DNA of 64,000 nucleotides from assembly GCA_965215335.1 (NCBI GenBank), contig CBDCDA010000002.1, positions 832,001 through 896,000 on the forward strand, read 5' to 3'. Below the pieces are notes generated by a model that was not told the DNA's origin, searched no databases, and worked only from the letters and a program-made list of their open reading frames with translations. Of the stretch, positions 13,899-24,672 are shown in pieces. The position numbers and the translations under genes were made by a program. The number at the start of each line of letters is the position of its first letter. Positions within the stretch are counted from its first letter, which is position 1. The stretch comes from an uncultured Candidatus Entotheonella sp. Its GTDB lineage: Bacteria > Tectomicrobia > Entotheonellia > Entotheonellales > Entotheonellaceae.

Positions 13899-14816
13899 TC
13901 ACAATCCAATCCGCCGCGCCAGCGCGGACTCGAACCTGGGCATATCCCCGGACGCTTCGGCACGGATCGCCTCGAAGATGCCCAGGCGGGGATAGCCCTC
14001 GCGCATCCGCTCCGGCCGGCAGCAGGCGTCCTTGGCGAGATAGACGCGCCCGCCGTGCCGGTGGGTGATCTCGTCGAGATCGTCGAGCAGCGCCAGCGTG
14101 CCGCCCCGCAGCGGGAAGTTGAGCGCCAGCGTGTAGCCTTCCATGGGAAACGACATCAGCCCCTCCCCGACAGGGCCGAACAGCTTGAGGACCGCCAGGA
14201 ACGATCCCTGCCCGGACGCGGCAATACGTTCCAGCAGGGCTGCCATGCCGGCCGGGCTCTCGGCCTTGGGCAGCACCGCACTGGTACTGGACGAACCCCT
14301 TGCGACCATAGAGACGGTTCCACGCGTCGATGCGGTCGAGGGGGAAGAAGAACGACCCGAAATGGACCGGACGAGGCCCGCCACGCACCCGCCCGAGATG
14401 GTAGTAAAGTGCGTTACCGCGAAGGTCGCACTGGAGCACACGAGGCCGAAGGCCATCCATGCGACCAGAGTCCGCTGATGCAGCACTGGAAGGCGTATGA
14501 TCCACCACGTCATCACGGCGATGGTGCCGGCGGTGAAAGCGACCGACAGCCACGGCGCCGCATACTCGGGAGCGATCCCCAGCCCTTTCCATATCGCCGC
14601 CAGTTCCAGCACCCACAAGAAGTTGGAATAACCCTCGACGTATTCGCCGGGGTTGAATACCAGGCCGTGGCCCTCCAGCAGATTGCGAGCGTAGCGGAAG
14701 CTGATGAAGGCGTCGTCGCACAGGAACCAAGCGACTGCGGCGAGCCAGCCCAGCAGTGCCAACCACGGCATATGCAGCAGGATTACTCCGGTTTTTCGGA
14801 GGGCCTTCTTTTCCAT
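13899..14816 (-). pseudogene. Chimeric ORF: A-type GT-C N-terminus fused to the dprE1 3' end
   Basis: 14416-14816 matches the A gene 5' end. 13899-14415 matches dprE1 20670-21185 with a 1-bp insertion near 14277. Confidence 0.9.
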
Positions 14817-17386
14817 TGGGGAAGATCCTCCACGCTGCGCCGCGTCAGCATGACGTGGTCGAGCATGATGTGTCCCCAGCCGCCGGTTTCGTCGTCGAAC
14901 AGTTCCAACTGTAGACGCTCGCCGGCGACATCGGCCAAGGGATGGACGATCTGCCTGAACCGCTCGGTATTCCTGCCCCGCCAGACCGCGACTTCGTCAC
15001 CGTCGGCCAACAGGCGCAGACCGACACCGCCACCCTCTCCGCCGGCGATCAGGAAGGTGAGATATTGGCCAGGCTCGGCAGTGAACGCCGGCGACAGCGC
15101 CCGCCCAGTCACCCGGTCTCCCTTGTCGGGGTGATAGCTCGTCAGGAAGCCTTGGCCCGTGTTGCCGCTGATCGGCTGCTGGCCTTTGTAATGCTCGTGT
15201 TGGGCATGATTGACGACCGCTTCGCCCACCGGAAGCCAGCCGTCGAATCCGTCTTCGAAGTAGCCAATAAACTGCTCGCCAACGTAGAGATGACCGCCGA
15301 AACGCCATAAACTGCCTTCCCAGATGCGGCCCTCGCCGGGGACGTACTGGCCGGTTCTGATTGCCGCGATGTCGTAGTCTGGCAGCCTTCGACTCACCAG
15401 GCAGATACCTCCCTCAATGCGGCTGTATTTCCTGAAACTGAAGTCGAGGTTGTCGAAGCCGTACTGCTTGCGATGGTCGGGGAGGTCATCCACGTCAACC
15501 GGGTCGAGGTGCAGGAAGAACATTGCCTCAACGTCATCCTGTTCGCACCGCTCCTTCACATAGACGAGGCTGTTTTCGATGAGGTGCACGTCGAAATCGG
15601 AGCGGATTACCGGCTGGCTGTCTTCGATCAGTTCTGCAAGGTCCTCTGAAAAATAGTCGTGCACCCGCAAGCCTCGTCCGACAAAACGGTCGAAAACCCA
15701 CTGTCGGTCGGGGGAGTCAAAGGACATCCATAGAGACGGACCGACCTTCACGGCGTATAGGGCGCGCTCCAACGCCTGGGATTTGCTGGATGCCGGCGGG
15801 TATATGATGAAATTGACGCCTCGTTCTTCAAGGTATCCCGGTGGTGGCTGACGGTCGTGGGCGATGACGCGCCGGTGGTTGGGTTTCGCGACAGGATTGC
15901 GCGCCACCGTCGCGTCGGTCAAGCCGAATATGTCGATGACTTTCAGGTCGGGAAGGTAGTAGAACCGGATGCCGAGCGCACCGCCGGCCATCAGGGCGTC
16001 ATCAGGGATTATCCCTCGCTCCATAGTCTCGTACGGCTTCCAGTTTCGTAATTGGCTGTTTGCGTTCTCACGGTGTTCCGTAAAAGGCGAAGCGACAGAT
16101 TGAACGGAAGCCAGGCGGCGCAGATCGTTGGAGATGGCGACGAGCATCCGCATGCCCGGCGCGGCGAGGAGCCACCCCGCATTGTCGTCATCGAGCTCTA
16201 TGTGCAGCTTCAAAATCCGTTCCCGTATTGCGGCGCCCTTGAAGAAGAGGGCGCTCTGAATCGCATTGGCGTAGAACAAGACCGGCACAAAGAGGACGAT
16301 CGCACACGTCTGTGCGCCCATCGAAAGACGCAAGGCGGGTAGTCGCAGCCACCGGCAGGAAGCAATCCGCGAGCCGAGATGGACGATTCCCATGGAGGCC
16401 GGGAGAGCCAGTAGCGGCCAATAGAAATCCAGCGGGCGATACTCGAAATGGTCCCCGCCGATCCGCATCACATAGGCCATGTGCGCGACGACCAGAAGCA
16501 GAATGAGCGTGAAGGACCCATCTTGATGTTTGCGCCAACGCTGTCGCAGCGCGACCCAGGCCAACGGAATCAGAAGGTACAACCCCGTCTCCAGCGCCGC
16601 CGCCCACAGATAGCGAAATCCGGATTCGTACCAGGGCCGCACATGCTTGGCGTAATACGTGTTGGGCAGCCACTCGCCGTAGTAGGCGTAGCGGAAGAGG
16701 TAGTGTGCAGCTACCAGGACGACAAAAGGTGCTGCCAGATACATCAATCGTCTCGCCAGTCCGGTTGCGGGGCATCCAGTGTCTGCCATCCGCTGGATGA
16801 CGAACCAGCCGAAACACAAGGCCGCTATCAGCGAGCCCTCGGGCCGGGTGTAGGCGGCTGCAGCCAAGCTCACCGACGCCGCCACCAATCCCCAGCGGTT
16901 GCTCCGGTAGAGACTCAGGCAGACAACGGCCAGAACGACGAAAAAGGTGAATTGCCGTGTTTCCAGCCCGCCTCCTGAAGTCCACACCGCGAAGGTCGCA
17001 CTGGAGCACACGAGGCCGAAGGCCATCCATGCGACCAGAGTCCGCTGATGCAGCACTGGAAGGCGTATGATCCACCACGTCATCACGGCGATGGTGCCGG
17101 CGGTGAAAGCGACCGACAGCCACGGCGCCGCATACTCGGGAGCGATCCCCAGCCCTTTCCATATCGCCGCCAGTTCCAGCACCCACAAGAAGTTGGAATA
17201 ACCCTCGACGTATTCGCCGGGGTTGAATACCAGGCCGTGGCCCTCCAGCAGATTGCGAGCGTAGCGGAAGCTGATGAAGGCGTCGTCGCACAGGAACCAG
17301 GCGACTGCGGCGAGCCAGCCCAGCAGTGCCAACCACGGCATATGCAGCAGGATTACTCCGGTTTTTCGGAGGGCCTTCTTTTCCAT
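14783..17386 (-). CDS. AftB-like GT-C glycosyltransferase A1 (TM + X + Y)
   Basis: Same motifs as A2/A3. Confidence 0.8.
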   Translation of the reverse strand: MEKKALRKTGVILLHMPWLALLGWLAAVAWFLCDDAFISFRYARNLLEGHGLVFNPGEYVEGYSNFLWVLELAAIWKGLGIAPEYAAPWLSVAFTAGTIAVMTWWIIRLPVLHQRTLVAWMAFGLVCSSATFAVWTSGGGLETRQFTFFVVLAVVCLSLYRSNRWGLVAASVSLAAAAYTRPEGSLIAALCFGWFVIQRMADTGCPATGLARRLMYLAAPFVVLVAAHYLFRYAYYGEWLPNTYYAKHVRPWYESGFRYLWAAALETGLYLLIPLAWVALRQRWRKHQDGSFTLILLLVVAHMAYVMRIGGDHFEYRPLDFYWPLLALPASMGIVHLGSRIASCRWLRLPALRLSMGAQTCAIVLFVPVLFYANAIQSALFFKGAAIRERILKLHIELDDDNAGWLLAAPGMRMLVAISNDLRRLASVQSVASPFTEHRENANSQLRNWKPYETMERGIIPDDALMAGGALGIRFYYLPDLKVIDIFGLTDATVARNPVAKPNHRRVIAHDRQPPPGYLEERGVNFIIYPPASSKSQALERALYAVKVGPSLWMSFDSPDRQWVFDRFVGRGLRVHDYFSEDLAELIEDSQPVIRSDFDVHLIENSLVYVKERCEQDDVEAMFFLHLDPVDVDDLPDHRKQYGFDNLDFSFRKYSRIEGGICLVSRRLPDYDIAAIRTGQYVPGEGRIWEGSLWRFGGHLYVGEQFIGYFEDGFDGWLPVGEAVVNHAQHEHYKGQQPISGNTGQGFLTSYHPDKGDRVTGRALSPAFTAEPGQYLTFLIAGGEGGGVGLRLLADGDEVAVWRGRNTERFRQIVHPLADVAGERLQLELFDDETGGWGHIMLDHVMLTRRSVEDLPQWKRRPSEKPE

Positions 17387-20300
17387 TGGGGAAGATCCTC
17401 CACGCTGCGCCGCGTCAGCATGACGTGGTCGAGCATGATGTGTCCCCAGCCGCCGGTTTCGTCGTCGAACAGTTCCAACTGTAGACGCTCGCCGGCGACA
17501 TCGGCCAAGGGATGGACGATCTGCCTGAACCGCTCGGTATTCCTGCCCCGCCAGACCGCGACTTCGTCACCGTCGGCCAACAGGCGCAGACCGACACCGC
17601 CACCCTCTCCGCCGGCGATCAGGAAGGTGAGATATTGGCCAGGCTCGGCAGTGAACGCCGGCGACAGCGCCCGCCCAGTCACCCGGTCTCCCTTGTCGGG
17701 GTGATAGCTCGTCAGGAAGCCTTGGCCCGTGTTGCCGCTGATCGGCTGCTGGCCTTTGTAATGCTCGTGTTGGGCATGGTTGACGACCGCTTCGCCCACC
17801 GGAAGCCAGCCGTCGAATCCGTCTTCGAAGTAGCCAATAAACTGCTGGGGAAGATCCTCCACGCTGCGCCGCGTCAGCATGACGTGATCGAGCATGATGT
17901 GTCCCCAGCCGCCGGTTTCGTCGTCGAACAGTTCCAACTGTAGACGCTCGCCGGCGACATCGGCCAAGGGATGGACGATCTGCCTGAACCGCTCGGTATT
18001 CCTGCCCCGCCAGACCGCGACTTCGTCACCGTCGGCCAACAGGCGCAGACCGACACCGCCACCCTCTCCGCCGGCGATCAGGAAGGTGAGATATTGGCCA
18101 GGCTCGGCAGTGAACGCCGGCGACAGCGCCCGCCCAGTCACCCGGTCTCCCTTGTCGGGGTGATAGCTCGTCAGGAAGCCTTGGCCCGTGTTGCCGCTGA
18201 TCGGCTGCTGGCCTTTGTAATGCTCGTGTTGGGCATGGTTGACGACCGCTTCGCCCACCGGAAGCCAGCCGTCGAATCCGTCTTCGAAGTAGCCAATAAA
18301 CTGCTCGCCAACGTAGAGATGACCGCCGAAACGCCATAAACTGCCTTCCCAGATGCGGCCCTCGCCGGGGACGTACTGGCCGGTTCTGATTGCCGCGATG
18401 TCGTAGTCTGGCAGCCTTCGACTCACCAGGCAGATACCTCCCTCAATGCGGCTGTATTTCCTGAAACTGAAGTCGAGGTTGTCGAAGCCGTACTGCTTGC
18501 GATGGTCGGGGAGGTCATCCACGTCAACCGGGTCGAGGTGCAGGAAGAACATTGCCTCAACGTCGTCCTGTTCGCACCGCTCCTTCACGTAGGTGAGGTG
18601 GTTTCCGATGAGGTACACGTCGAACGTGGAGGAGATTGCCGGCTGGGTGTCTCCGACCAGCCTTCTCAGGTGGTATTCAAGAAACGACATTGCCTCGACC
18701 CGCACCGGGGGAAGGGCATCGTGGGGCAGCACGAGGGCGTCCACGCATAACCCCGGCATGCAATCTTTGGCTTTGGTTGCCATTTCTTCCCTTTGCCCGA
18801 CCCAGGACCACACGATCAGTTCGTCCGGCGCGCCGTTCCTGACGAAGACCTGCGCCAACCGGCCGTCGACGAGGACGCCGATGTCGTCCGAACTGTAGGC
18901 GAAGTGTGGCTCCATTCGCTCCCAGAACCAAGCGGCAGGGTCAGCACTTCCAACGGCTTGGAAGGAGACAAGCTTGAACCTGATTTCGTTGCTACCATCG
19001 GGGTATGAAGCGCCCGCAAAAAGCGTATTATCGAAGTCAACTTCAGCCCTCATAGCATTGGCCAAGTGTGTTATCCGAAATTCTCTTCTGTAGAACGGCC
19101 TGAGTGCAAACTTACGGCGGATGTATCTGTCTGGATCTCCCGTTGTCACACGATGATAATCGTAGGAATTGGCCAAGCCGTCAAGGTTCACCACCGGAAA
19201 GCGCGAGAAGTACCCGATAACGCCGGCGTCCCACGACCCAATCACGCTGTCTTCGGGAAGCAAATGATCCATAACCTGCACGCCCATGTAAGAAGTAGTC
19301 TCCCATTCGCGCCAGGACGACTCGCTCGCCCCGTCAACGTACCGGAAGGGGTAGGTGAAATCCGCCTTTTCCAGAAGGAAAGCCGCGCCGAAAATGACAA
19401 TGCCCGCGCTTACGATGTTTGCCGCTTTGGGCAACCTCGCTCCAATGAAACGGTGGATGAGATGGATAGCGACAAAGCACCTTAATGGAACGATCAGCGC
19501 CATCATCAGGTACGCCGGGACGAAATACCAGTCATACCTTCCCCAAGCAGGATGTATGGTGAGAACGGTCTGTGCGAACTTGGCCAGATGACCGGCCGCC
19601 AGGCCGAACACGCCCACAAGGAAGGCCAGCAGCAGCCAATCTCCCTGGCTCTTGGAGCGTCGGACGGACCACCAGACCAGCAGCAGATAGGCGCAGACCT
19701 CCAGCGCAACCAGCCACTCGTAGTCGAAGACGTAAATCTGCAATACGTCCCGAAAGTTCCGGGCGAAGCTGTACCCGCCTTCCTGCCCAAACCTTATCTG
19801 TGACCAGACCTGCTTGGTCGCGCCGCTGACCGGCACGAGGCCGCCGAAGACGAGCTTGTTGTAGGCGAAGTATGCCAGGATGCCCGCCGCTGCGGCGAGA
19901 GATGGAACGACTGCCTTGAGGGCGAATATGGAACGAGAACGATGCAGCCGGGGACGGCCTTGCCATGACCACTCAATGAGGCACAATGCCGCTGTCGCTG
20001 CCAGCGATATGGCGACGTACTCCAGGCGCACCCAGGGCAGGGCAAAGGCGATGGTGACCAGCAGCCAGCGATACCGCGCCGGATTGCGCGCGTAGAGGCA
20101 TAACGCCAGTATCAGCAAGCCGAGCATGAACAGCGCAGCAGCCGCTTCCAACCCTTTGAATAAAGCGTGCATTTGGTAGGATGCCGGCAGAGCGAACAGC
20201 AACAGAATCCAGGGCAGCCGCGCCAGACGGGCGGCGACGGCGACGAGGGCGACGCCGCCAGCGGTGAGCATGATCTCGAACGCCTTGATGCCGAACAGCG

Positions 20301-20655
20301 CGGTCTCCTTATCGAATACCCAGTAGAATGGCGTGATCAGAAACAGCCAGATCGGGTGATATCCGTTGGTCCGGGTAATGCCGCCGTCAAAAGTCGAGAA
20401 TTTTCCCTTGGCCAGGTTGCTGGCGATCTGGAAGTAGTAGAAGGAATCATCGCCGTTTACGTCGCGGATAAGATTGATGAGATTGAAGCTGGCGAGCATG
20501 TGCCAGGCGAACGCGCCTCCATACGTCAGGATACCGCCGAGAAACAGGGCGAACAGCGTGTTATGCAGCCGAGTGGATATCACCCCTCCCCCGCCACCGG
20601 TCATATCCAGCCAACGGGCGGCCAGGGCGCGCCAGCGGTTAGTCGTCATGGTCAT
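17353..20655 (-). CDS. GT-C glycosyltransferase B1 (TM + X + Y + Y), 1100 aa
   Basis: AGGAGG RBS before ATG 20655. TM part near-identical to B2. Tandem Y module. Confidence 0.8.
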   Translation of the reverse strand: MTMTTNRWRALAARWLDMTGGGGGVISTRLHNTLFALFLGGILTYGGAFAWHMLASFNLINLIRDVNGDDSFYYFQIASNLAKGKFSTFDGGITRTNGYHPIWLFLITPFYWVFDKETALFGIKAFEIMLTAGGVALVAVAARLARLPWILLLFALPASYQMHALFKGLEAAAALFMLGLLILALCLYARNPARYRWLLVTIAFALPWVRLEYVAISLAATAALCLIEWSWQGRPRLHRSRSIFALKAVVPSLAAAAGILAYFAYNKLVFGGLVPVSGATKQVWSQIRFGQEGGYSFARNFRDVLQIYVFDYEWLVALEVCAYLLLVWWSVRRSKSQGDWLLLAFLVGVFGLAAGHLAKFAQTVLTIHPAWGRYDWYFVPAYLMMALIVPLRCFVAIHLIHRFIGARLPKAANIVSAGIVIFGAAFLLEKADFTYPFRYVDGASESSWREWETTSYMGVQVMDHLLPEDSVIGSWDAGVIGYFSRFPVVNLDGLANSYDYHRVTTGDPDRYIRRKFALRPFYRREFRITHLANAMRAEVDFDNTLFAGASYPDGSNEIRFKLVSFQAVGSADPAAWFWERMEPHFAYSSDDIGVLVDGRLAQVFVRNGAPDELIVWSWVGQREEMATKAKDCMPGLCVDALVLPHDALPPVRVEAMSFLEYHLRRLVGDTQPAISSTFDVYLIGNHLTYVKERCEQDDVEAMFFLHLDPVDVDDLPDHRKQYGFDNLDFSFRKYSRIEGGICLVSRRLPDYDIAAIRTGQYVPGEGRIWEGSLWRFGGHLYVGEQFIGYFEDGFDGWLPVGEAVVNHAQHEHYKGQQPISGNTGQGFLTSYHPDKGDRVTGRALSPAFTAEPGQYLTFLIAGGEGGGVGLRLLADGDEVAVWRGRNTERFRQIVHPLADVAGERLQLELFDDETGGWGHIMLDHVMLTRRSVEDLPQQFIGYFEDGFDGWLPVGEAVVNHAQHEHYKGQQPISGNTGQGFLTSYHPDKGDRVTGRALSPAFTAEPGQYLTFLIAGGEGGGVGLRLLADGDEVAVWRGRNTERFRQIVHPLADVAGERLQLELFDDETGGWGHIMLDHVMLTRRSVEDLPQWKRRPSEKPE

Positions 20656-20669
20656 ATGATTCCTCCTGA

Positions 20670-22001
20670 TCACAATCCAATCCGCCGCGCCAGCGCGGAC
20701 TCGAACCTGGGCATATCCCCGGACGCTTCGGCACGGATCGCCTCGAAGATGCCCAGGCGGGGATAGCCCTCGCACACCCGCTCCGGCCGGCAGCAGGCGT
20801 CCTTGGCGAGATAGACGCGCCCGCCGTGCCGGTGGGTGATCTCGTCGAGATCGTCGAGCAGCGCCAGCGTGCCGCCCCGCAGCGGGAAGTCGAGCGCCAG
20901 CGTGTAGCCTTCCATGGGAAACGACATCAGCCCCTCCCCGACAGGGCCGAACAGCTTGAGGACCGCCAGGAACGATCCCTGCCCGGACGCGGCAATACGT
21001 TCCAGCAGGGCTGCCATACCGGCCGGGCTCTCGGCCTTGGGCAGCACGCACTGGTACTGGACGAACCCCTTGCGACCATAGAGACGGTTCCACGCGTCGA
21101 TGCGGTCGAGGGGGAAGAAGAACGACCCGAAATGGACCGGACGAGGCCCGCCACGCACCCGCCCGAGACGGTAGTACAGTGCGTTGAAGAGGCCGATCGA
21201 GGCGCGGTTGAGCAGACCGGACGGTGCGTCGACCGGAATGGTCAGTCGGCTCCCGGGGGCCGGGCGCAAGGGGTCGGACGCAAACGGTGGCGGCAGCGAC
21301 CCGGACGCCATGAATTTTCCGTGCATCACCAGCGCACGGCCGAGCTTGGCGCCGCGCGCCAGGCAGTCGATCCAGGCGACGCTGTACGGCCAATACCCGG
21401 ACGCCTCGACCAGTGCCAGCGTCGCGTCGAGGTCGCGTGCGGCCACGGTCTCCGCCAGGACGAAGGCCGTTTCGATTGGCTTGAGCCGGAAGCTCGCCGA
21501 CAGGATGACGCCGGTCAGCCCCATGCCGCCGAGGGTGGCGCGAAACAGGTCGGCGTTCTCTGTACGGCTGCAGGCGCGGATTTCGCCGTCCGCGGCGGCC
21601 AGGGTCAACGACTCCACGTGCGCGCCGAAGGTCCCGTCGCGGTGATGGTTCTTGCCGTGCACGTCGGCGGCAATCATGCCGCCGACGGTGACGAACTGCG
21701 TTCCCGGCACCACCGGCGGGAACCAGCCGCGCGGCACGAAGGTCGCCAGGATGTCCGAGAGCAGTACCCCGGCCTCGCAGGTGAGAAGGCCCGACTCGAC
21801 ATCGAATGCCTGCATGCGGTCCAGCGCCAGCATCGACAGCGTCAGGTCGGCGTTGAGCGCCGCGTCGCCGTAGGACCGCCCGTTGCCGCGGGCGATCAGG
21901 GTGGCGCTGCGACGGAACACGCCGGGCAGGGCCGCGACTTCGGGGAGACGCGCCAGCCGGCAGTCGATCACCGGATACCGGCCCCAGCCGGAAAGCATCA
22001 T
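20670..22001 (-). CDS. dprE1: Decaprenylphosphoryl-beta-D-ribose oxidase-like FAD oxidoreductase (DprE1-like)
   Basis: [51 protein letters not shown] and GGRVYLAKD motifs. Confidence 0.9.
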   Translation of the reverse strand: MMLSGWGRYPVIDCRLARLPEVAALPGVFRRSATLIARGNGRSYGDAALNADLTLSMLALDRMQAFDVESGLLTCEAGVLLSDILATFVPRGWFPPVVPGTQFVTVGGMIAADVHGKNHHRDGTFGAHVESLTLAAADGEIRACSRTENADLFRATLGGMGLTGVILSASFRLKPIETAFVLAETVAARDLDATLALVEASGYWPYSVAWIDCLARGAKLGRALVMHGKFMASGSLPPPFASDPLRPAPGSRLTIPVDAPSGLLNRASIGLFNALYYRLGRVRGGPRPVHFGSFFFPLDRIDAWNRLYGRKGFVQYQCVLPKAESPAGMAALLERIAASGQGSFLAVLKLFGPVGEGLMSFPMEGYTLALDFPLRGGTLALLDDLDEITHRHGGRVYLAKDACCRPERVCEGYPRLGIFEAIRAEASGDMPRFESALARRIGL

Positions 22002-22126
22002 GGCGCCGGCTCCCGGAAGAAGAAGCGCCGGTCGAGCCGGTATCTGACGGCATATCCGACCGTGAGTCCGAGGACGGCACCGACGTAGCGCGAGAAGATG
22101 CCGGTCGTCAACATGCGGCGTTCCAT
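21998..22126 (-). pseudogene. Internally deleted GtrA-family flippase (42 aa)
   Basis: MERRMLTTGIFSRYVGAVLGLTVGYAVRYRLDRRFFFREPAP*. The C-terminus fits the GtrA GAVLGL..GY..KY.LD.RF.F pattern, sits between ubiA and dprE1, and its stop overlaps the dprE1 start. Confidence 0.7.
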
Positions 22127-22142
22127 ACGCCCGCCGCCTGCG

Positions 22143-23558
22143 TCACAGCGCGGCCACGAACACGGCCAGGATGCCGAGGCCGGTCAGCCAGCTCGTCCGG
22201 TCGCCCAGCGCGAAGACCAGCGGGTCGTCAGCGACGGCCCCGCGGTTGGCGAGCAGCGTCATGCGTCCCAGCCAGTAGATGAGCAGCGGGCAGGCCAGCC
22301 ACAGGAACTCCGGCCGGGCGTAGCGCTCGCCCACCTCCGGGGCATGGACGTAGAGGGCGAGCACCACCGCCGAGGCAAAACTGCTGGCGGCGCCGAGCGC
22401 CGCCAGCACCGGGAGGTCTGCGGCCTGATAGGCGCGTCCACCGGGCGCCGACCGACCGGACGCGCGCAAGCCTTGCAGCTCGCCCTGGCGCTTGGCGATG
22501 GCGAGCGCCAGAAAGATGAAGACGGAAAAGGCAAGGAACCAGGGCGACAGCGTGACCGCTACGGCTGCCGCGCCGGCAAGGACACGGACCGTGTAGAGCA
22601 TGGCGAGCGTGACGGCATCGAGGAAGGTCTTGCGCTTGAGCGCCAGCGAGTAGGCAGACGTGACGGCCAGGTACAGGAGGACGTACAGCCCCGTCGCGGT
22701 GGACAGCCCGAAGGCCAACCCGAGGCCGCCCGCTGCCAGGGCCGCACCGAGGCCGCTCATCGGCAGCAGCGGCGTCTTTCCCGCCGCCATCGGACGATGG
22801 CGCTTGACAGCATGCTGGCGGTCGTGCGGGAGATCGAGCAGATCGTTCAGCAGGTACGTGCCCGACGCCAGGGCCGAGAACGCCGCGAACACCCCGGTCG
22901 TCACCAGGTAAGGCCCCGCCCCGGTCTCGTGCGTCGCGATGAGGGGGGCGAAGACGAGGACGTTCTTGACCCACTGATGCGGGCGCATGGCCCGCAGGCA
23001 GTCGAGCGGGCCGCCGCCGGGTCCGGGCAGGAAGCGGGCGTCGCCGTCCAGCGCCCGCACCTGGCGCGCGAGGCGCGCGGAGAGGCCGACCCCTATGGCC
23101 CGCCGCGCGTGTTTCCACACGGCCAGGTCGCGTCGCTCGTTTCCGACGTAGTCGAAGCCGCCCGCACCGAAGCGCTCGACCAGCGCGGCCGCCTTGGCTC
23201 GCCCGGCCAGGTTGGTGCGCCCGTCCGAGGCGAGGCACCCCGCCGCCCCGACGGTTTCGGCGAGCGGGGCGACCGCCTGCTCGTCGGCGGCCGAAGCCAG
23301 CCAGATCTCGCGCCCCGCCGCTCTGGCGGTGGCGATCTCATGCAACACCGCCGGGTTCAGCAGCAGCGTTGCCGGCGGCAACGCGACCGCCCGCGCGACC
23401 CGGCGCTTCAGGGCGGCGCGGCCTCCAGCGAGCCAGAAAGGCAGGGCAAACAGGTTGAGCGGGGAAGCGGCGAGCAGCCGGGCCGCGCCCTCGACCAGCA
23501 GGTCGCCGCTGACCAAAGAGCCGTCGACATCGACGACCAGCGGCACGGTGGGCGTCAC
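22143..23558 (-). CDS. HAD-like + UbiA-family polyprenyl-phosphate phosphoribosyltransferase (DPPR synthase-like)
   Basis: N-terminal PLVVDVDGSL (HAD). RPHQWVKNVLVF and YLLNDLLDLPHDRQHAVKRHRP (UbiA). The start may be ATG 23611 across the C13 tract. Confidence 0.9.
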   Translation of the reverse strand: MTPTVPLVVDVDGSLVSGDLLVEGAARLLAASPLNLFALPFWLAGGRAALKRRVARAVALPPATLLLNPAVLHEIATARAAGREIWLASAADEQAVAPLAETVGAAGCLASDGRTNLAGRAKAAALVERFGAGGFDYVGNERRDLAVWKHARRAIGVGLSARLARQVRALDGDARFLPGPGGGPLDCLRAMRPHQWVKNVLVFAPLIATHETGAGPYLVTTGVFAAFSALASGTYLLNDLLDLPHDRQHAVKRHRPMAAGKTPLLPMSGLGAALAAGGLGLAFGLSTATGLYVLLYLAVTSAYSLALKRKTFLDAVTLAMLYTVRVLAGAAAVAVTLSPWFLAFSVFIFLALAIAKRQGELQGLRASGRSAPGGRAYQAADLPVLAALGAASSFASAVVLALYVHAPEVGERYARPEFLWLACPLLIYWLGRMTLLANRGAVADDPLVFALGDRTSWLTGLGILAVFVAAL

Positions 23559-23576
23559 ATCCGGCCTGCGCTGTGT

Positions 23577-23589
23577 GGGGGGGGGGGGG
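23577..23589. repeat. G13/C13 homopolymer at the 5' end of the ubiA-like gene
   Basis: Directly visible. Confidence 0.9.
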
Positions 23590-23639
23590 TAGAATTCACG
23601 ATCCGATTCATGGCGCGCCGCCTGGTAGCGGCAAGGCTC

Positions 23640-24623
23640 CTATGATAACGCTCGTGGGCGGAAGTGGCAGGCCACCCAGTGACCGTCCCCGATATGCTTG
23701 AACTCGGGGGCTTCTTCTTCACACACCTTCTCCTTGTACATGCAGCGGGTGTGAAAATGGCAGCCGCTGGGCGGGTCAATCGGGCTGGGCACGTCACCTT
23801 CAAGGATGATGCGTTTTTTCCTGACCGTCGGGTCCGGAATGGGGACGGCCGAGAGCAGGGCTTCCGTGTAGGGGTGCTGGGGATTGTTGTAGAGGTCGGT
23901 GTCGGAGGCCAGTTCGACGATCTGGCCCAGGTACATCACCGCCACACGGTCGCTGATGTGCTCGACCACGTTCAGATTATGGGCGATGAAGAGATAGGAA
24001 AGCCCGAACTCTTCCTGCAGGTCTTCGAGGAGGTTGATCACCTGCGCCTGAATCGACACGTCCAGTGCCGACACCGGCTCATCGCAGACGATCAGCTTGG
24101 GATTCAGGGCGAGGGCCCTGGCGATGCCGATCCGCTGTCGCTGGCCGCCGCTGAACTCGTGGGGGTATTTCCGCATGTCTTCGGCGCGCAGGCCTACCTT
24201 CTGCAGCAAGGAAGCCACCCGCTCGGTCTTGTCGCGGCCTCTGGCGATCCTGTGAATCTCCAGGGGCTCGCCGATAATGCTGCCGACCGTCATGCGCGGG
24301 TTGAGCGAGGCGTAGGGGTCCTGAAAGATGATCTGCATCTCCCGACGCAGGCTGCGCATGGCGTTCTTGTCCAGGGCGGTGACGTCCTGGCCTTCGAAGT
24401 GAATCTTGCCATCCGTCGGCTCGATCAGACGCAGAATGCTGCGCCCCGTGGTCGACTTGCCGCAGCCGCTCTCGCCCACCAGCCCCAGCGTCTCGCCCTT
24501 GTCTACCGTGAAGGAAACGTCATCGACCGCGTAGACGTGACCGATCGTCCGCGAAAATACCCCGCCCTTGATCGGAAAATACTTTTTGAGATGGGTGACC
24601 TCGAGCAGCGTTTCCGTCGCCAT
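23640..24623 (-). CDS. oppF: Oligopeptide/dipeptide ABC transporter ATP-binding subunit (OppF/AppF-like)
   Basis: [20 protein letters not shown] and C-terminal VACH. GAAGGAG RBS. Confidence 0.9.
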   Translation of the reverse strand: MATETLLEVTHLKKYFPIKGGVFSRTIGHVYAVDDVSFTVDKGETLGLVGESGCGKSTTGRSILRLIEPTDGKIHFEGQDVTALDKNAMRSLRREMQIIFQDPYASLNPRMTVGSIIGEPLEIHRIARGRDKTERVASLLQKVGLRAEDMRKYPHEFSGGQRQRIGIARALALNPKLIVCDEPVSALDVSIQAQVINLLEDLQEEFGLSYLFIAHNLNVVEHISDRVAVMYLGQIVELASDTDLYNNPQHPYTEALLSAVPIPDPTVRKKRIILEGDVPSPIDPPSGCHFHTRCMYKEKVCEEEAPEFKHIGDGHWVACHFRPRALS

Positions 24624-24672
24624 GCCTTGGTTCTCCTTCAGGGGGGGCGCAGGCACCCTCTGGACATGCCTA

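Noticed and set aside
17353..22080. 1575-aa and 1252-aa ORFs as giant proteins
   Set aside because: Their N-terminal extensions are off-frame readings of dprE1 or the chimera. Strong AGGAGG sites point to starts at 20655 and 13884.
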